Shown: in pieces, positions 12,649 to 24,569 of the stretch | Numbering within the stretch: position 1 is the first letter of the stretch | Layout: each line of letters opens with the position of its first letter | Program-made: the position numbers and the translations under genes | Assembly: GCA_951406725.2 (NCBI GenBank) | Contig: OX597835.1 | Coordinates: 16,616,001-16,680,000 of the forward strand | Length of the DNA: 64,000 nt | From: Octopus vulgaris | Taxonomy: Eukaryota | Reading direction: 5' to 3' | Notes under the pieces: model-generated | The model's database searches: none | Told to the model about the DNA's origin: nothing | Seen by the model: the letters and a program-made list of their open reading frames with translations, nothing else

Positions 12649-12784
12649 ACAAATATTTTATAATTATGAACATAATTATAATGAGGGTTCAGTTAATTGC
12701 TTCACCACATACTGAATTTGGTATGTGGTGAGGTAATTAGCTGAACCCTAATTATAATTATGTTCATAATTATAAAATATTTGT
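12649..12784. repeat. ~135-bp imperfect palindrome
   Basis: acaaatattttataattatgaacataattataat…attataattatgttcataattataaaatatttgt. Confidence 0.9.
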
Positions 12785-12785
12785 G

Positions 12786-12943
12786 TAGGAGTGGCTGTGT
12801 GGTAAGTAGCTTGCTAACCAACCACATGGTTCCGGGTTCAGTCCCACTGCGTGGCACCTTGGGCAAGTGTCTTCTGCTATAGCCTCAGGCCGACCAATGC
12901 CTTGTGAGTGGATTTGGTAGGCAGAAACTGAAAGAAGCCCGTC

Positions 12944-12997
<54 letters not shown>

Positions 12998-13380
12998 TGT
13001 GTACAGTGCTCAGGTGCACTACAACTCATCTAAAGTGTATATATAATCAGGTGTAGTTTCGGCGGATTTCGGAAAGCATGAGGGCCTTAAAGGATGCAGT
13101 GTCATGGCAGTCAACACATATATATGGCACACACATATATATATGTGTGTGCGTGTATGTTTGTGTGTCTGTGTTTGTCCCCCTAGCATTGCTTGACAAC
13201 CGATGCTGGTGTGTTTACGTCCCCGTTACTTAGCGGTTCGGCAAAAGAGACCGATAGAATAAGTACTGGGCTTACAAAAGAATAAGTCCTGGGGTCGAGT
13301 TGCTTGATTAAAGGCGGTGCTCCAGCATGGCCGCAGTCAAATGACTGAAACAAGTAAAAGAGTAAAAGAGTAAAGAGTAA
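12786..13380 (+). mobile_element. SINE family A with a LINE tail inserted in its internal microsatellite
   Basis: Full head and tail; 12998-13116 is a foreign (ATT)n-tailed piece translating on minus to VDCHDTASFKALMLSEIRRNYT*. Confidence 0.85.
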
Positions 13381-13891
13381 TATATATATATATATATATA
13401 TTTTGAAGAAAATTGACCCATGAGTAAAATTAAGCACTTCAACATATGAAACATCGATTATTCATACAGCGTATTGGGATTTTAAAAGTCAATGGGATCT
13501 TTTTCATGTAAATGGTCCCATGGATTCCATTTTATGACATAATCTTAACACTTTTCTTTGGATTTTGCTGAAATTGGACATACTGATCAATTTTGTACAG
13601 AGGGTGGCATTAAGGGGGAAAGAAATAAACAAACATCACTGTCAACAGGTCGAGGTACACTCAAAAGTTTGACTGCAATTTCAGACGGTCCAGTATGTAG
13701 GAGTACGTCGAAAGTGTTAACCGGGTAAAATCCCTGCCGAACACGATATAACATCTTAATGGGTGATAGTTAGCACAATGAATGTAGAAGATTTCAATAC
13801 AAGGTCAGAGGTGGGATTCACTTCAACATGGAAAGCACGAGCAATGCCGGGTCCAACAGCCAGTATATATATAAATATATACATACATACA

Positions 13892-13949
<58 letters not shown>

Positions 13950-13974
13950 AATATATATACATAAATATATATAC

Positions 13975-14104
<130 letters not shown>

Positions 14105-14174
14105 TGTTGTTTCTGGTTGTCTTCTATCCTATTTCTGAAGAGCAGATTCCAGGAAATGTAAAAATATGTTATTC

Positions 14175-14209
<35 letters not shown>

Positions 14210-14319
14210 AAATAATATATATTTTATATAGTCAATGCAAGCATGAACAAGCAAGAAAAAACAACAACGTGAGGACATGGAATATGTACAGTGTTATTGG
14301 ATGCTCAGGAACTGGGGAA

Positions 14320-14474
14320 CTTTTCAAGAAAGTGCGTTAGTTTTGAATTATGACATTGGGCTATGTGTGTGTCAAGTTTCATCAGAATCGGTTGAAAGCC
14401 GTGTTCAGGGTGAGGGTACAAGCAAACAGACACACAGAAGCACGCACAGACAAACTGCCGTTTATATAGAGAGA
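14320..14474 (-). mobile_element. 5' fragment of a non-autonomous Helitron
   Basis: Reverse complement of 17275-17440. Confidence 0.7.
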
Positions 14475-14485
14475 TATATATATAT

Positions 14486-14670
14486 AGTCAATGCAAGCAT
14501 GAACAAGCAAGAAAAAACAACAACGTGAGGACATGGAATATGTACAGTGTTATTGGATGCTCAGGAAAGGAAAGAAAAGGAAGAGGATTTCACATTTTGA
14601 GTGGAGCTCTTCATCAGAAATGTAGAAAAAGTCCAAAGAAGGGAAGACGGAGAAAGAAAATCTTAAACAA
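14486..14670 (-). mobile_element. Penelope-like terminal repeat fragment with decayed hammerhead
   Basis: Minus strand tttCTGATGAagagctccactcAAAAtgtgaaa (14588-14620) is a CpG-decayed version of the motif at 46464-46498; flanks are homologous to 46398-46560. Confidence 0.55.
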
Positions 14671-14679
14671 TACACAAAA

Positions 14680-15150
14680 TTTCGGGCCTTGTGCCTAGAG
14701 TAGAAAAGATTATTTAAGGCGGTGAGCTGGCAGAAACATTAGCACATCAGACGAAAGGCTTAGCAATATTTTGCCTGTCTTTATGTTCTGAGTTCAAATT
14801 CCGCTGAGGTCGACTTTGCCTTTCATCATTCGGAGTCGATAAATTAAGCACCAGTTGTGTACTGGGGTCGATCTAATTGACTTGGCCCTTCACCAAAATT
14901 TCGAGCCTTGTGCCTAGAGTAGAAAAGATTATTTAAGGCGGTGAGCTGGCAGAAACATTAGCACATCAGACGAAAGGCTTAGCAATACTTTGCCTGTCTT
15001 TACGTTCTGAGTTCAAATTCCACCGAGGTCGACTTTGCCTTTCATCCTTTCGGAGTCGATAAATTAAGCACCAGTTGTGTACTGGGGTCGATCTAATTGA
15101 CTGGCCCCTTCACCAAAATTTCGGGCCTTGTGCCTAGAGTAGAAAAGAAT
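14680..15150 (+). mobile_element. Two tandem SINE family B copies
   Basis: aaggcggtgagctggcagaaacattagcac at ~14716 and ~14935. Confidence 0.9.
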
Positions 15151-15266
15151 ATCTAAATTGGTTTGTGCGTGTAAATGTTTGTATGCATGTGTATATATTT
15201 TTGTGTGTGATGTGTCTACATGTGTATGTATGTGTGTCTGTATATATGTGTTATGTGTGTGTATGG

Positions 15267-15298
<32 letters not shown>

Positions 15299-15810
15299 AT
15301 ATGTATGTATGTCTGTATATATGAGTCCTGTTTGTGTTGTGCTTGTGTGTATGTGTATGTGTTGTGTGTGTGGGGACATATATGTATGCATGTGTGTATA
15401 AGTGTATGTGTGTGCATATGTAAGTGTTTGTATGTATTATTGTGTACGGTGTGTATATACGGATGTATGTGTACAGGTGTGTGTATGTGTGTGTGTGTGT
15501 GCATGTGTGTGCGTGTGTGAAAACATGTCAATAATTCTAGATTTGTACTACTTGCTTATTCAGGATCCAATGTCTCAAAGAAGAAGAACAATAATAACAA
15601 TAACAACAACAACAACAACAATTACAGTAATAACAACTATAACAGCAAGGAGAATGAAAATAACAACAACAAAACAACAAGACCAACAATGAACAATGTT
15701 ATCCTTGGTGGAAGTAGGTAGTGATGGGTTGGATCATTAGGGATGGTCATGGTTGAAAATATAGTGATTGGTTTGGCTGAGTCATTTCCCTTAAGTCATT
15801 GCTGAGGTCA

Positions 15811-15871
<61 letters not shown>

Positions 15872-16402
15872 AGGGAGTGTTTGTGTGTGTATGTCTCAGA
15901 GAGAGAGAGCGAGGGAGATATATATAGAGAGAGAGGGAGATAGAGATAGAGAGAGAGAGAGTGAGAGAGAGAGAAAGAAGAGGGGGGCATAAGCTAGGTG
16001 ACTAAGATAAGACCATTATATAATCTAACAAATCAAATTGTATAACACACTGTATGTGTATATATATCATCATCATCATCATCATCACTTAACATCTGCA
16101 GCCAGTTTAACAGGATCTGGGAAGGATGGGTGGGTGGGGTGGGGTGGTGGAGCACCAGCCCCCCCATTGTCTCTTCTGGCAGGGTTTTCTGTGACTTGAC
16201 TCCCTTCCCAATGCTAATCCACTTTTACAATGTGTACTGGGTACCTTTTACATGGTATCAGTACCACTGCTTTTTACATGGCGCATGCACACACACACAC
16301 ACCGGCATCCGAAACTCAGAGTTTTATCTTGGCTATTGAATAGTTGTCACATATTATTTTATAGATAAATTTCCATACTTGACTCAATAGATCTCCTCAA
16401 GA

Positions 16403-16532
16403 ACAGAGGGTCACTCTACGATCCAAGGTTAGCACAGCAGGCCGTCCTGCGAGCCATGAACTCACTTCATTTGTCGAGTCTTCGAAATCACAGCATATCT
16501 CCAGAGGTCTCGGTCTTTCGTCATAGCCTCTG
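16403..16532 (-). mobile_element. RTE LINE 3' fragment
   Basis: Reverse complement of ~8445-8580. Confidence 0.7.
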
Positions 16533-16835
16533 AAATATGTTTGCAAAACTGTCGTATGTGGAGTTTACTACACTTTTGAAAAATGCTAAACCATTGTACT
16601 ACACTTTGACAAATTTCATACCTTTCACTGCCTTAAGCCCCCTCTTAAGCTGTGGTGCCTTCCTCTCATTCTGCCTCTCTCTGCCCCAACCATCTCTAAC
16701 CATCTCTATACCTACTATTACCCTGACCCCACCATGAGGAAGTGTCATTAAATAGTGAGAGAAGGGGGTTGTGGCCAAAGTGTGACACACTGACACACAG
16801 AAATTAGTTTTCGCATTTATCATATTAGATATGGT

Positions 16836-17250
16836 AGGTGCAGGAGTGGCTGTGTGGTAAGTAGCTTGCTTACCAACCACATGGTTCCGGTTCAGTCCCA
16901 CTGTGTGGCACCTTGGGCAGGTGTCTTCTACTATAGCCTCAGCCTCGGGCCGACCAATGCTTTGTGAGTGGATTTGGTAGACGGAAACTGAAAGAAGCCT
17001 GTTGTATATATGTATAAATATATATATATGTGCGTGTGTGTTTGTGTGTCTGTGTTTGTCCCCCTAGTATTGCTTGACAATCGATGCTGGTGTGTTTATG
17101 TCCCCGTCACTTAGCTGTTCAGCAAAAAGAGACCGATAGAATAAGTACTGGGCTTACAAAGAATATGTCCCGGGGTTGAGTTGCTCGACTAAAAGCAGTG
17201 CTCTAGCATGGCTACAGTCAAATGACTGAAACAAGTAAAAGAGTAAAAGA
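16836..17250 (+). mobile_element. SINE family A, full length
   Basis: Same head, body and tail as 12786-13380. Confidence 0.9.
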
Positions 17251-17274
17251 GAGAGAGATATATACATGTGTATA

Positions 17275-17662
17275 TCTCTCTATATATAAACGGCAGTTTG
17301 TCTGTGCGTGTTTCTGTGTGTCTGTTTTCTCGTACCCTCACCCTGACCACGGCTTTCAACCGATTCTGATGAAACTTGACACACACATAGCCCAATGTCA
17401 TAATTCAAAACTAACGCAGCGAAAATTTTGAAAAGTTAACCCCAGTTCTGAAAAAAATCGATAAATTCGACATGGGGTCGAGAATCAAAAAAAACAAACC
17501 ACAGACTGTCTAGGGGACGCAACTCAACCTTTTTTTACTCTCAAAAAAAAATTTACCATAATTTTTTTTCCATTTGTTTGCTATTTTTTGGCTATAACTC
17601 TCTAAAAATGCTTTATAGTTATTTCCCTTACAAACCTGAGCAACGCCGGGCGATACTGCTAG
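17275..17662 (+). mobile_element. Non-autonomous Helitron
   Basis: 5' A|TC start, 3' hairpin cctgagcaacgccggg followed by CTAG|T. Confidence 0.8.
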
Positions 17663-18265
17663 TGTATATATACATGTGCCACATTATTTGCCCAATGTTG
17701 AGGATATACCACCAGCATTGCTCTAACAGCCTGGACATTAGATTCAGAAAAATTCACTGCAACACAGTTTCTTCTCCTCAATGAAACAAACCAAAGAAGG
17801 AAATGATACCACCACGTACAAATGAAACCTATACATGTTTCTTCAGGGGTTACCAGATCAGCCACTTTACCTAACAACAATAACTACAACTCCCTACTTG
17901 AATGTGCTGTGATACCACAAAACCTGACTTAAAAAAATGTCTTAGCAGATCCTCATATCAGGTGGTGCTATTAAGTAAGACATCGCCTGAGCCAACCTTT
18001 GGCCGAAACATATCCAAGTTATATAAATACTATGGCACTCTGTCAGTTATGATGATGAGGGCTCCAGTTGATCCAATTAACGGAACAACCTTCTTGTGAA
18101 ATTAACGTGCAAGTGGCTGAGCACTCCACAGACACGAATACATATATATATATATATACGTATACATACATACATACATATATATATATATATATTTATA
18201 TAGACATACACACACCACCCATGCCAGCATGGAAGGTAGATGTTAAACGATGATGATGATAAGAA

Positions 18266-18341
<76 letters not shown>

Positions 18342-18364
18342 CTATGCGTATATATCTATTTGCG

Positions 18365-18458
<94 letters not shown>

Positions 18459-18469
18459 ATGTGTGTGTT

Positions 18470-18540
<71 letters not shown>

Positions 18541-18794
18541 ATATCCCTCATTGTCACATCCACTTTTTCCATTCTGATGGAATTAGTCAAGTGAGGTCTT
18601 TTCCCAGCTGGTTGCCCTTCTTGTCACCAACCCACACCCATCGCCATGTAAGGCAATATTTCTTTCCCTGGAAATGGCTTCACGGATGTTTGGAAGGAAG
18701 GTCAGTACACGTGAACTACAGTGACACTTGTTGATGATAATCACACAATGTCAAAACAAGGACATATGTGCTCACACACATATATATATGTATA

Positions 18795-18834
<40 letters not shown>

Positions 18835-19318
18835 TATATATATACATATATATACATATACGTATATATATATGTATATATATATGTATATCTATATATA
18901 TATATATATAATATATATATATACACATATATATATACATATATATATATATATACATACATATATATATATATATATATACATACACACATATATATAT
19001 ATATATATATATACATATAAATGAATATAAATATATACATACATATAAATGAATATATATATATATATATATACATACATATAAATAAATAAATGGAGTT
19101 TAACGCAGGTATAATTCAAGTTTATTTATTTATATATTATACACAAAATTCCACGTAAACCCGAAGTTTCACCTTTAAAAACAAGGAGTTACAACCTCTT
19201 GTGTGATTTTTTGCTACACTGGTAACTATTTTTTCCGTGTTAATTGTTAACAAGGGAAAAATACACTCATCTATTTATATATATATACATATACATATGT
19301 ATATATACATACGTATAC

Positions 19319-19361
<43 letters not shown>

Positions 19362-19466
19362 GATACACATATATTTACTTCTAATATAGGATAAAATATT
19401 TTTCCCCCAAAAATTTCATCAAAGTAGCAGCATATTAAAATACCTTTAAAGGCGAAAAATTTAAAC

Positions 19467-19649
19467 AATTTATAAACAAGGGCAAAAGAAAAAAAAAAGA
19501 TTTCTGTGCCAATATGCTGAGAATCGACTTTGAATCATCAATCACCACATTGTAATATATATTGTATAACGTGGTGATTGACAATTTAAAGTCTATTCTC
19601 AGCATATTGGCATAGAAATATATTTTTCTTTTGCCCTTGTTTATAAATT
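19467..19649. repeat. ~180-bp imperfect palindrome
   Basis: aatttataaacaagggcaaaagaaaa…tttcttttgcccttgtttataaatt. Confidence 0.9.
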
Positions 19650-19685
19650 ATATACATACATTGATTGTCAAAATGATGTGAACAC

Positions 19686-19724
19686 CTCTGATGAGAACCT
19701 AGTGAGGTTCAAAAATAGATTAAG
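19686..19724 (+). ncRNA. Hammerhead-like motif (G12 mutated)
   Basis: ct-CTGATGA-gaacct agtg aggttc-[A]AAAA-tag-ATTA-ag; perfect 6-bp stem II. Confidence 0.5.
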
Positions 19725-19744
19725 ATTGCTCATTTCTTTCTCTT

Positions 19745-20222
19745 ATGCTTGGACTACTGCTCCCAACTATGGTCACCATACAATATAAAGTTAACAGCAG
19801 AACTCGAAGCAATCCAACGAAGCTACACTAAGAAGATTGTCTCAATGCAAACATATCAGCTACTGGGAAAGACTGAAAGTATTAAAACTCTTCTCCCTGG
19901 AGCGAAGGCGGGAGAAATATGCAGTGATATACATCTGGAAAATCCTGGAGGGTCTTGTCCCAAATTTTGGCATTGAAAGTTACCCCAACAGCAGAATGGG
20001 GTGCCACTACATGGTGCCAAAGATCCCAACATCACCATCAAAATATAGGACGAGATACTGCAACAGCTTGGGTTTCAGGGGACCACAGCTCTTCAATATC
20101 CTTCCTAAATGCCTGAGAGACCTGCATGGTATGGATGTGGGTTTCTTTAAAACTAAACTGGATCTCTTCTTGTTAGGGGTTCCAGATGAACCTACCTCTC
20201 GGCAGGAAACACAGATGCGAAA
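19745..20222 (+). mobile_element. CR1 LINE 3' ORF fragment
   Basis: LDYCSQLWSPY…LEAIQRSYTK; SYWERLKVLKLFSLERRREKY…FKTKLDLFL; same family as 4745-6540. Confidence 0.9.
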
Positions 20223-20369
20223 CTAAAGCACACAGAGTAAAGCTGCTTAGCATAGATTGACCTTGAACTCTACGGTGCATGTACACTAAGTTCTACCATT
20301 CTAGCTCACTCCAGCTGTTTACAGCAGTGCTTGGAAGGAAGGTGTGTAGCGTGTGATCGTCACATTGAT

Positions 20370-20590
20370 CATGACAGAGAAAGTTGCCATGGCCATGCCT
20401 GCTCAGAGGCTTACGCAAAGTTGCAGAAAGTGTGTGGAGAAGAGTGTATGAGCTGCACACAACTGTACAGGTGGTTCAGACGTTTCCAAGGTAGCTGAAA
20501 AATGTTGATATTGACGAATGTTCTGGGAGACTTGCAGCCAGAAGAACTGAGAAAAACATTGCAGATGTGCGTGCAGCTGTGGAGGGGAAA
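20370..20590 (+). mobile_element. Mariner transposase N-terminal HTH fragment
   Basis: Translation EAYAKLQKVCGEECMSCTQLYRWFRRFQ…DECSGR…RTEKNIADVR matches the mariner HTH pattern (YGE..LS…V.RWF.RF…DD.RSGRP). Confidence 0.7.
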
Positions 20591-20812
20591 TTCTTAGACA
20601 ATCCCTTCTGACTTTTCCTGGAGATATGACAAGAAGCTGAATCCTGCTGCCATACACATATGGCTATCCATCAGCAACCCTCTCCAGCCAGGATTTGATA
20701 ACAGTCTCCAACAGCTTCATATATCCATCTAAATTGAGTCTAAGGCCCTGTTCAAAGATTTGGGGTCAGTATGAAGTCACCCTTGCTGCAGACACATCCA
20801 AAGACCATCATA
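20590..20812 (-). mobile_element. Second maT (DD37D) transposase fragment
   Basis: Minus-strand frameshifted translation MVFGCVCSKGD…GLRLNLDGYMKLLETVIKSWLERVADG*PYVWQQDSASCHISRKSQ. Confidence 0.75.
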
Positions 20813-20823
20813 GTTATTATTAC

Positions 20824-20883
<60 letters not shown>

Positions 20884-21339
20884 TATTATTGTTGTTGTTG
20901 TTGTTGTTGTTGTTTGTTGTAAAGTGAGTTCTTCCCACTGGTGTGATGTGTGGGTGCTGTTGTATGTTGTTGCTGTTTCATGCTAGTATCCACAATAGTT
21001 ACTAGTCATTAGATACCGTTGTATTTCTTCAAATCGGAATAGTAATACACTAACTTCTACAGTCCTATTATTGCTGATAGCTCCACAAGACACCGACTAG
21101 AACAGTCGACTCTCAACTCTTTGACTCTCGACCCCCTCTTGACGACCGGCTACTGGTATATTTATAATGACTGTGTCCTACCATTTTTTACTGGCAGGGA
21201 TATACAGTTTTACTGTACACCATTGTTGTTGTTGTTGTTTAGTGTAATTCAAGAGAGTGAGGATGTTACTACCTGGTTGACCCACCTGCTAGAAATAGCA
21301 ACTAAATCTCCCTTGAATTTCAACTAAATGTCTTAGATA

Positions 21340-22290
21340 AGAAAAGATACATCAGGTAATGTAGTCCTTGACCTCTCTTTTCCCTGAAAAGACAGGATGT
21401 TCATTGTTGGAACTCCTTTGATTGAACAGGGATGACCAAGGACCAAACGATAACAGCAACAAGCAGGAGATCTTTAAAATATGTAGTCCTAGATATAAGA
21501 CAGGATGGGCATGGCTTCAACACCAGGATTGTTTCAGGATTGACCTGGAGCTAAACTACAAGGAAAGGCACATTATATGGTGTTGTTCTAGATATAAGAC
21601 AGGATGGTCGTATTTGGATCATCTTTGACAATGTACTCGTTCAACCAAAACTGACCTGGGGCTAAACAAAAAGGAAGGAGACATTAAATAGTGAAGTGCT
21701 AAACATAAAACAGGATGGTCATAGCTGGACCGTCTCTGATGATATGTCTGTCTAACCAGGGTTGACCTGAAGTTAAACAAAGAAGGATACATTAAATAAT
21801 GAAGTATGTGATATAAATCAAAATGGGCATAGATGGATTGTCTCTGATGATCTGCTTGTCCAGCCAGGTTTGACCTGGGGTTAAACAAGGAAGGATACAT
21901 TAAATAATGAAGTGCTAGATATAAAACAGGATGGGCATAGTTGGATTGTCTCTGATGATCTGCTTGTCCAGCCAGGTTTGACCTGGGGTTAAACAAGGAA
22001 GGATGCATTAAATAATGAAGTACTCGATATAAGACAAGATGGGCATAGTTGGATTGTCTCTGATGATCTGCTTGTCCAGCCAGGATTGACCTGGGGTTAA
22101 ACAAGGAAGGATACATTAAATAAATAATGAAGTACTCGATATAAGACAAGATGGGCATAGTTGGATTGTCTCTGATGATCTGCTTGTCCAACCAGGATTA
22201 GCATGGGGTTAAACAACAAAGGACATTAAACAGCTTTGTCCTTGATAAAAGACATGATGGTCAGCGGTGGAATGTCTCTGATGATAAGCC
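21340..22290. repeat. ~121-bp tandem array, ~8 units
   Basis: Unit …gacctggggttaaacaaggaaggatacattaaataatgaagt…gatgggcatagttggattgtctctgatgatctgcttgtcca; explains ORF 21619-22191. Confidence 0.9.
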
Positions 22291-22472
22291 TGTCCCACCA
22301 GTGTTGGCCTAATTCTCCCCCCCCCCCTCCCCATTGTTTTAACCAGACACTGGTGACAATTCCCCATTTCCACACAAATTCTCAACATTTTTCTAATTTC
22401 ATCATCTCTGGTGAAACGGTTCTTTTCCCAGAATTCATGTTTTTTTATTACTATGTAAAACTGAAATAAGGA

Positions 22473-22914
22473 TTGGTGGTGGTAGAGGTGGTGGCGTTGA
22501 TGGTGGAGTTGGTTGTGGTGGTAGAGATGAAGCTACAGCTTGTGGTGTTGGTGGTATTGGGGGTGGTAGTGGTGCTGGTGATGGTGATGGTAGCGGTGGT
22601 GTTTGATGTGGTGGTTAGTGGTAATTCTTATGTTGGTGGTAGTGGTGAAGCTGTTGGTGGTGGTGGAAGTGATTATGGTGTGGGGGGAGGGCTGTTAGTG
22701 TTGTTGTTGGTGGTGGTAGTGGTGTTGGTGTTGTTGTTGTTGGTGGTTGTAGTGGTGGTAGCGGTTATGATGGTGATGGTGGTGGTGGTTGTGGCGGTAG
22801 TGATGGTGCTTGTGGTGCTTGTGCTGGTGGTAGTTGTGATTGTGGCGATGGTGGTGATGTTGTTGGTGGTGTTGGTACTAGTAGTAGTAGCAGCAGCTGC
22901 GACAGAAGTACTGA

Positions 22915-22956
<42 letters not shown>

Positions 22957-23045
22957 CAGCAGCAGTAGCAGTAGCAGCAGCAGTAGTAGTGGTGGTGGTA
23001 GTGGTGGTAGCGACTGAAGTGGCAGTGGTGCTTGTTGAGTGGTAA
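22473..23045. repeat. Degenerate (GGT)/(AGT)n low-complexity tract
   Basis: Direct reading; poly-Val ORF is an artefact. Confidence 0.9.
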
Positions 23046-23410
23046 GGGTCCTGGACAAAGTAGTAGTGATGGTGGAAGTGTCTTAAAACCAGTCATTCAA
23101 TTAACGAGAGAGCGAGAGAGAGAGAGAGAGAGAGAAAGAAAGAGAGAGAAAGGGAAAGAGAGAAAGGGAAAGAGAGAGAGAGAAAATGTGAGTGAAAGAG
23201 AATCTATATGTTAACCGAAAAGAATATATGAAAAATGTCATCACAACATTTGTCATCACTGTAGACCATTTAATTTATAATTTAAACGTAGTACAGAGTA
23301 GTTATAGTAAACGGGGAAAGTCTCCTACAGCTGTTTCGAGGATAGCTAAGCATGTTGATTTTATATTATCGAGTAAAGATTTCCATGTCGGTTTGGTATT
23401 CCGTTATTGG

Positions 23411-23483
<73 letters not shown>

Positions 23484-23700
23484 AAGAAAGAGAAATAAGG
23501 AATATCTTTAATCCAATCCAGAGGGAACGTCTAAAGTAAAAGATGATATTGGTTGTTAGATCCCCGATTAAAAGATTTAGTAGGTCCATAGTGAAAGATG
23601 GGGTCTGTTAGCAAATCCGTTGTGTTGAAGTATCATTGAAGAATATACATGTGTGTTTGTGTTGTTCGTGTGTGTGTGTTTGTGTTGTGTGTGTGTGTGT

Positions 23701-23741
<41 letters not shown>

Positions 23742-23947
23742 TATATATACCTACACACATGTGTGTGCATGTATATGTGTTTGTATGTATATATGTAAAA
23801 TATTTAATTCCTATGTATATATATGTGTGTGTGTGTGTGTGTGTGCGTGTATGTGTATTTGTGTATATATATATATATATATGTAAAATATTCAACTCCT
23901 ATGTATATATATATATGTGTGTATATATATATATATATATGTGTGTA

Positions 23948-23992
<45 letters not shown>

Positions 23993-24569
23993 GTATACAT
24001 GTATGTATGCATATCTATATATATATGTGTGAGTGCATATATGTGTGCGTATATATAATTTCAATCTAGTTTCTTCTTCCTGCTGGCGTTGACTTCCAAG
24101 ATGTCCTGATCGAGAGTCTCCCAGATTAGAGAGACTCCATTTGAAAGTCAAGAACACTTTCTCTTTCAAAGTCAAAGAGATTGTATCATTGAAAGTCAAG
24201 GTCGTTGTTCATTCGGAGATCAAGAATGTTGTCCATTTGAAGGTCTCGTGCGTTGCCCATTTACAGGCAATGAAATATTGTCTCTTTGAAGGTCAAGGTT
24301 ATTATGTATTCGAACGTCGTGGACGGGACTCATTTGAGGGTTAAGGACCAAGAAATTCGAAAGTCATGGACGTTTTCGTTGTAAAGGTCACGGACGTTTC
24401 CTGCTTGGTTGTGTGGTAAGAAGCTTGCTTCCCAACCAAATGGTTCTGGGTTCAGTCCACCTTGGGAAATGTCTCCTGCTATAGTTTCAGACCGACCAAA
24501 GCCATGTGAGTGGATTTTGTAGACGGAAACTGAAAGAAACCCTTTGTATATACGTGTGTGTATATGGTA

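Noticed and set aside
12024-13380. One 1.3-kb fold-back element (inverted SINE A pair around a palindrome)
   Set aside because: The SINE heads are asymmetrically placed (~195 vs ~70 bp from the centre); more simply independent insertions
21340-22290. CRISPR-like array or tandem hammerheads (unit contains CTGATGA)
   Set aside because: Units repeat over their whole length with no unique spacers; no GAAA or stem III after the CTGATGA; eukaryotic context
23320-23345. Hammerhead (minus GAAAC-agct-GTA); similar partial motifs at 19155-19198, 51780-51835, 52607-52640
   Set aside because: Only the 3' half or a heavily degenerate core is visible, so they are not called as features
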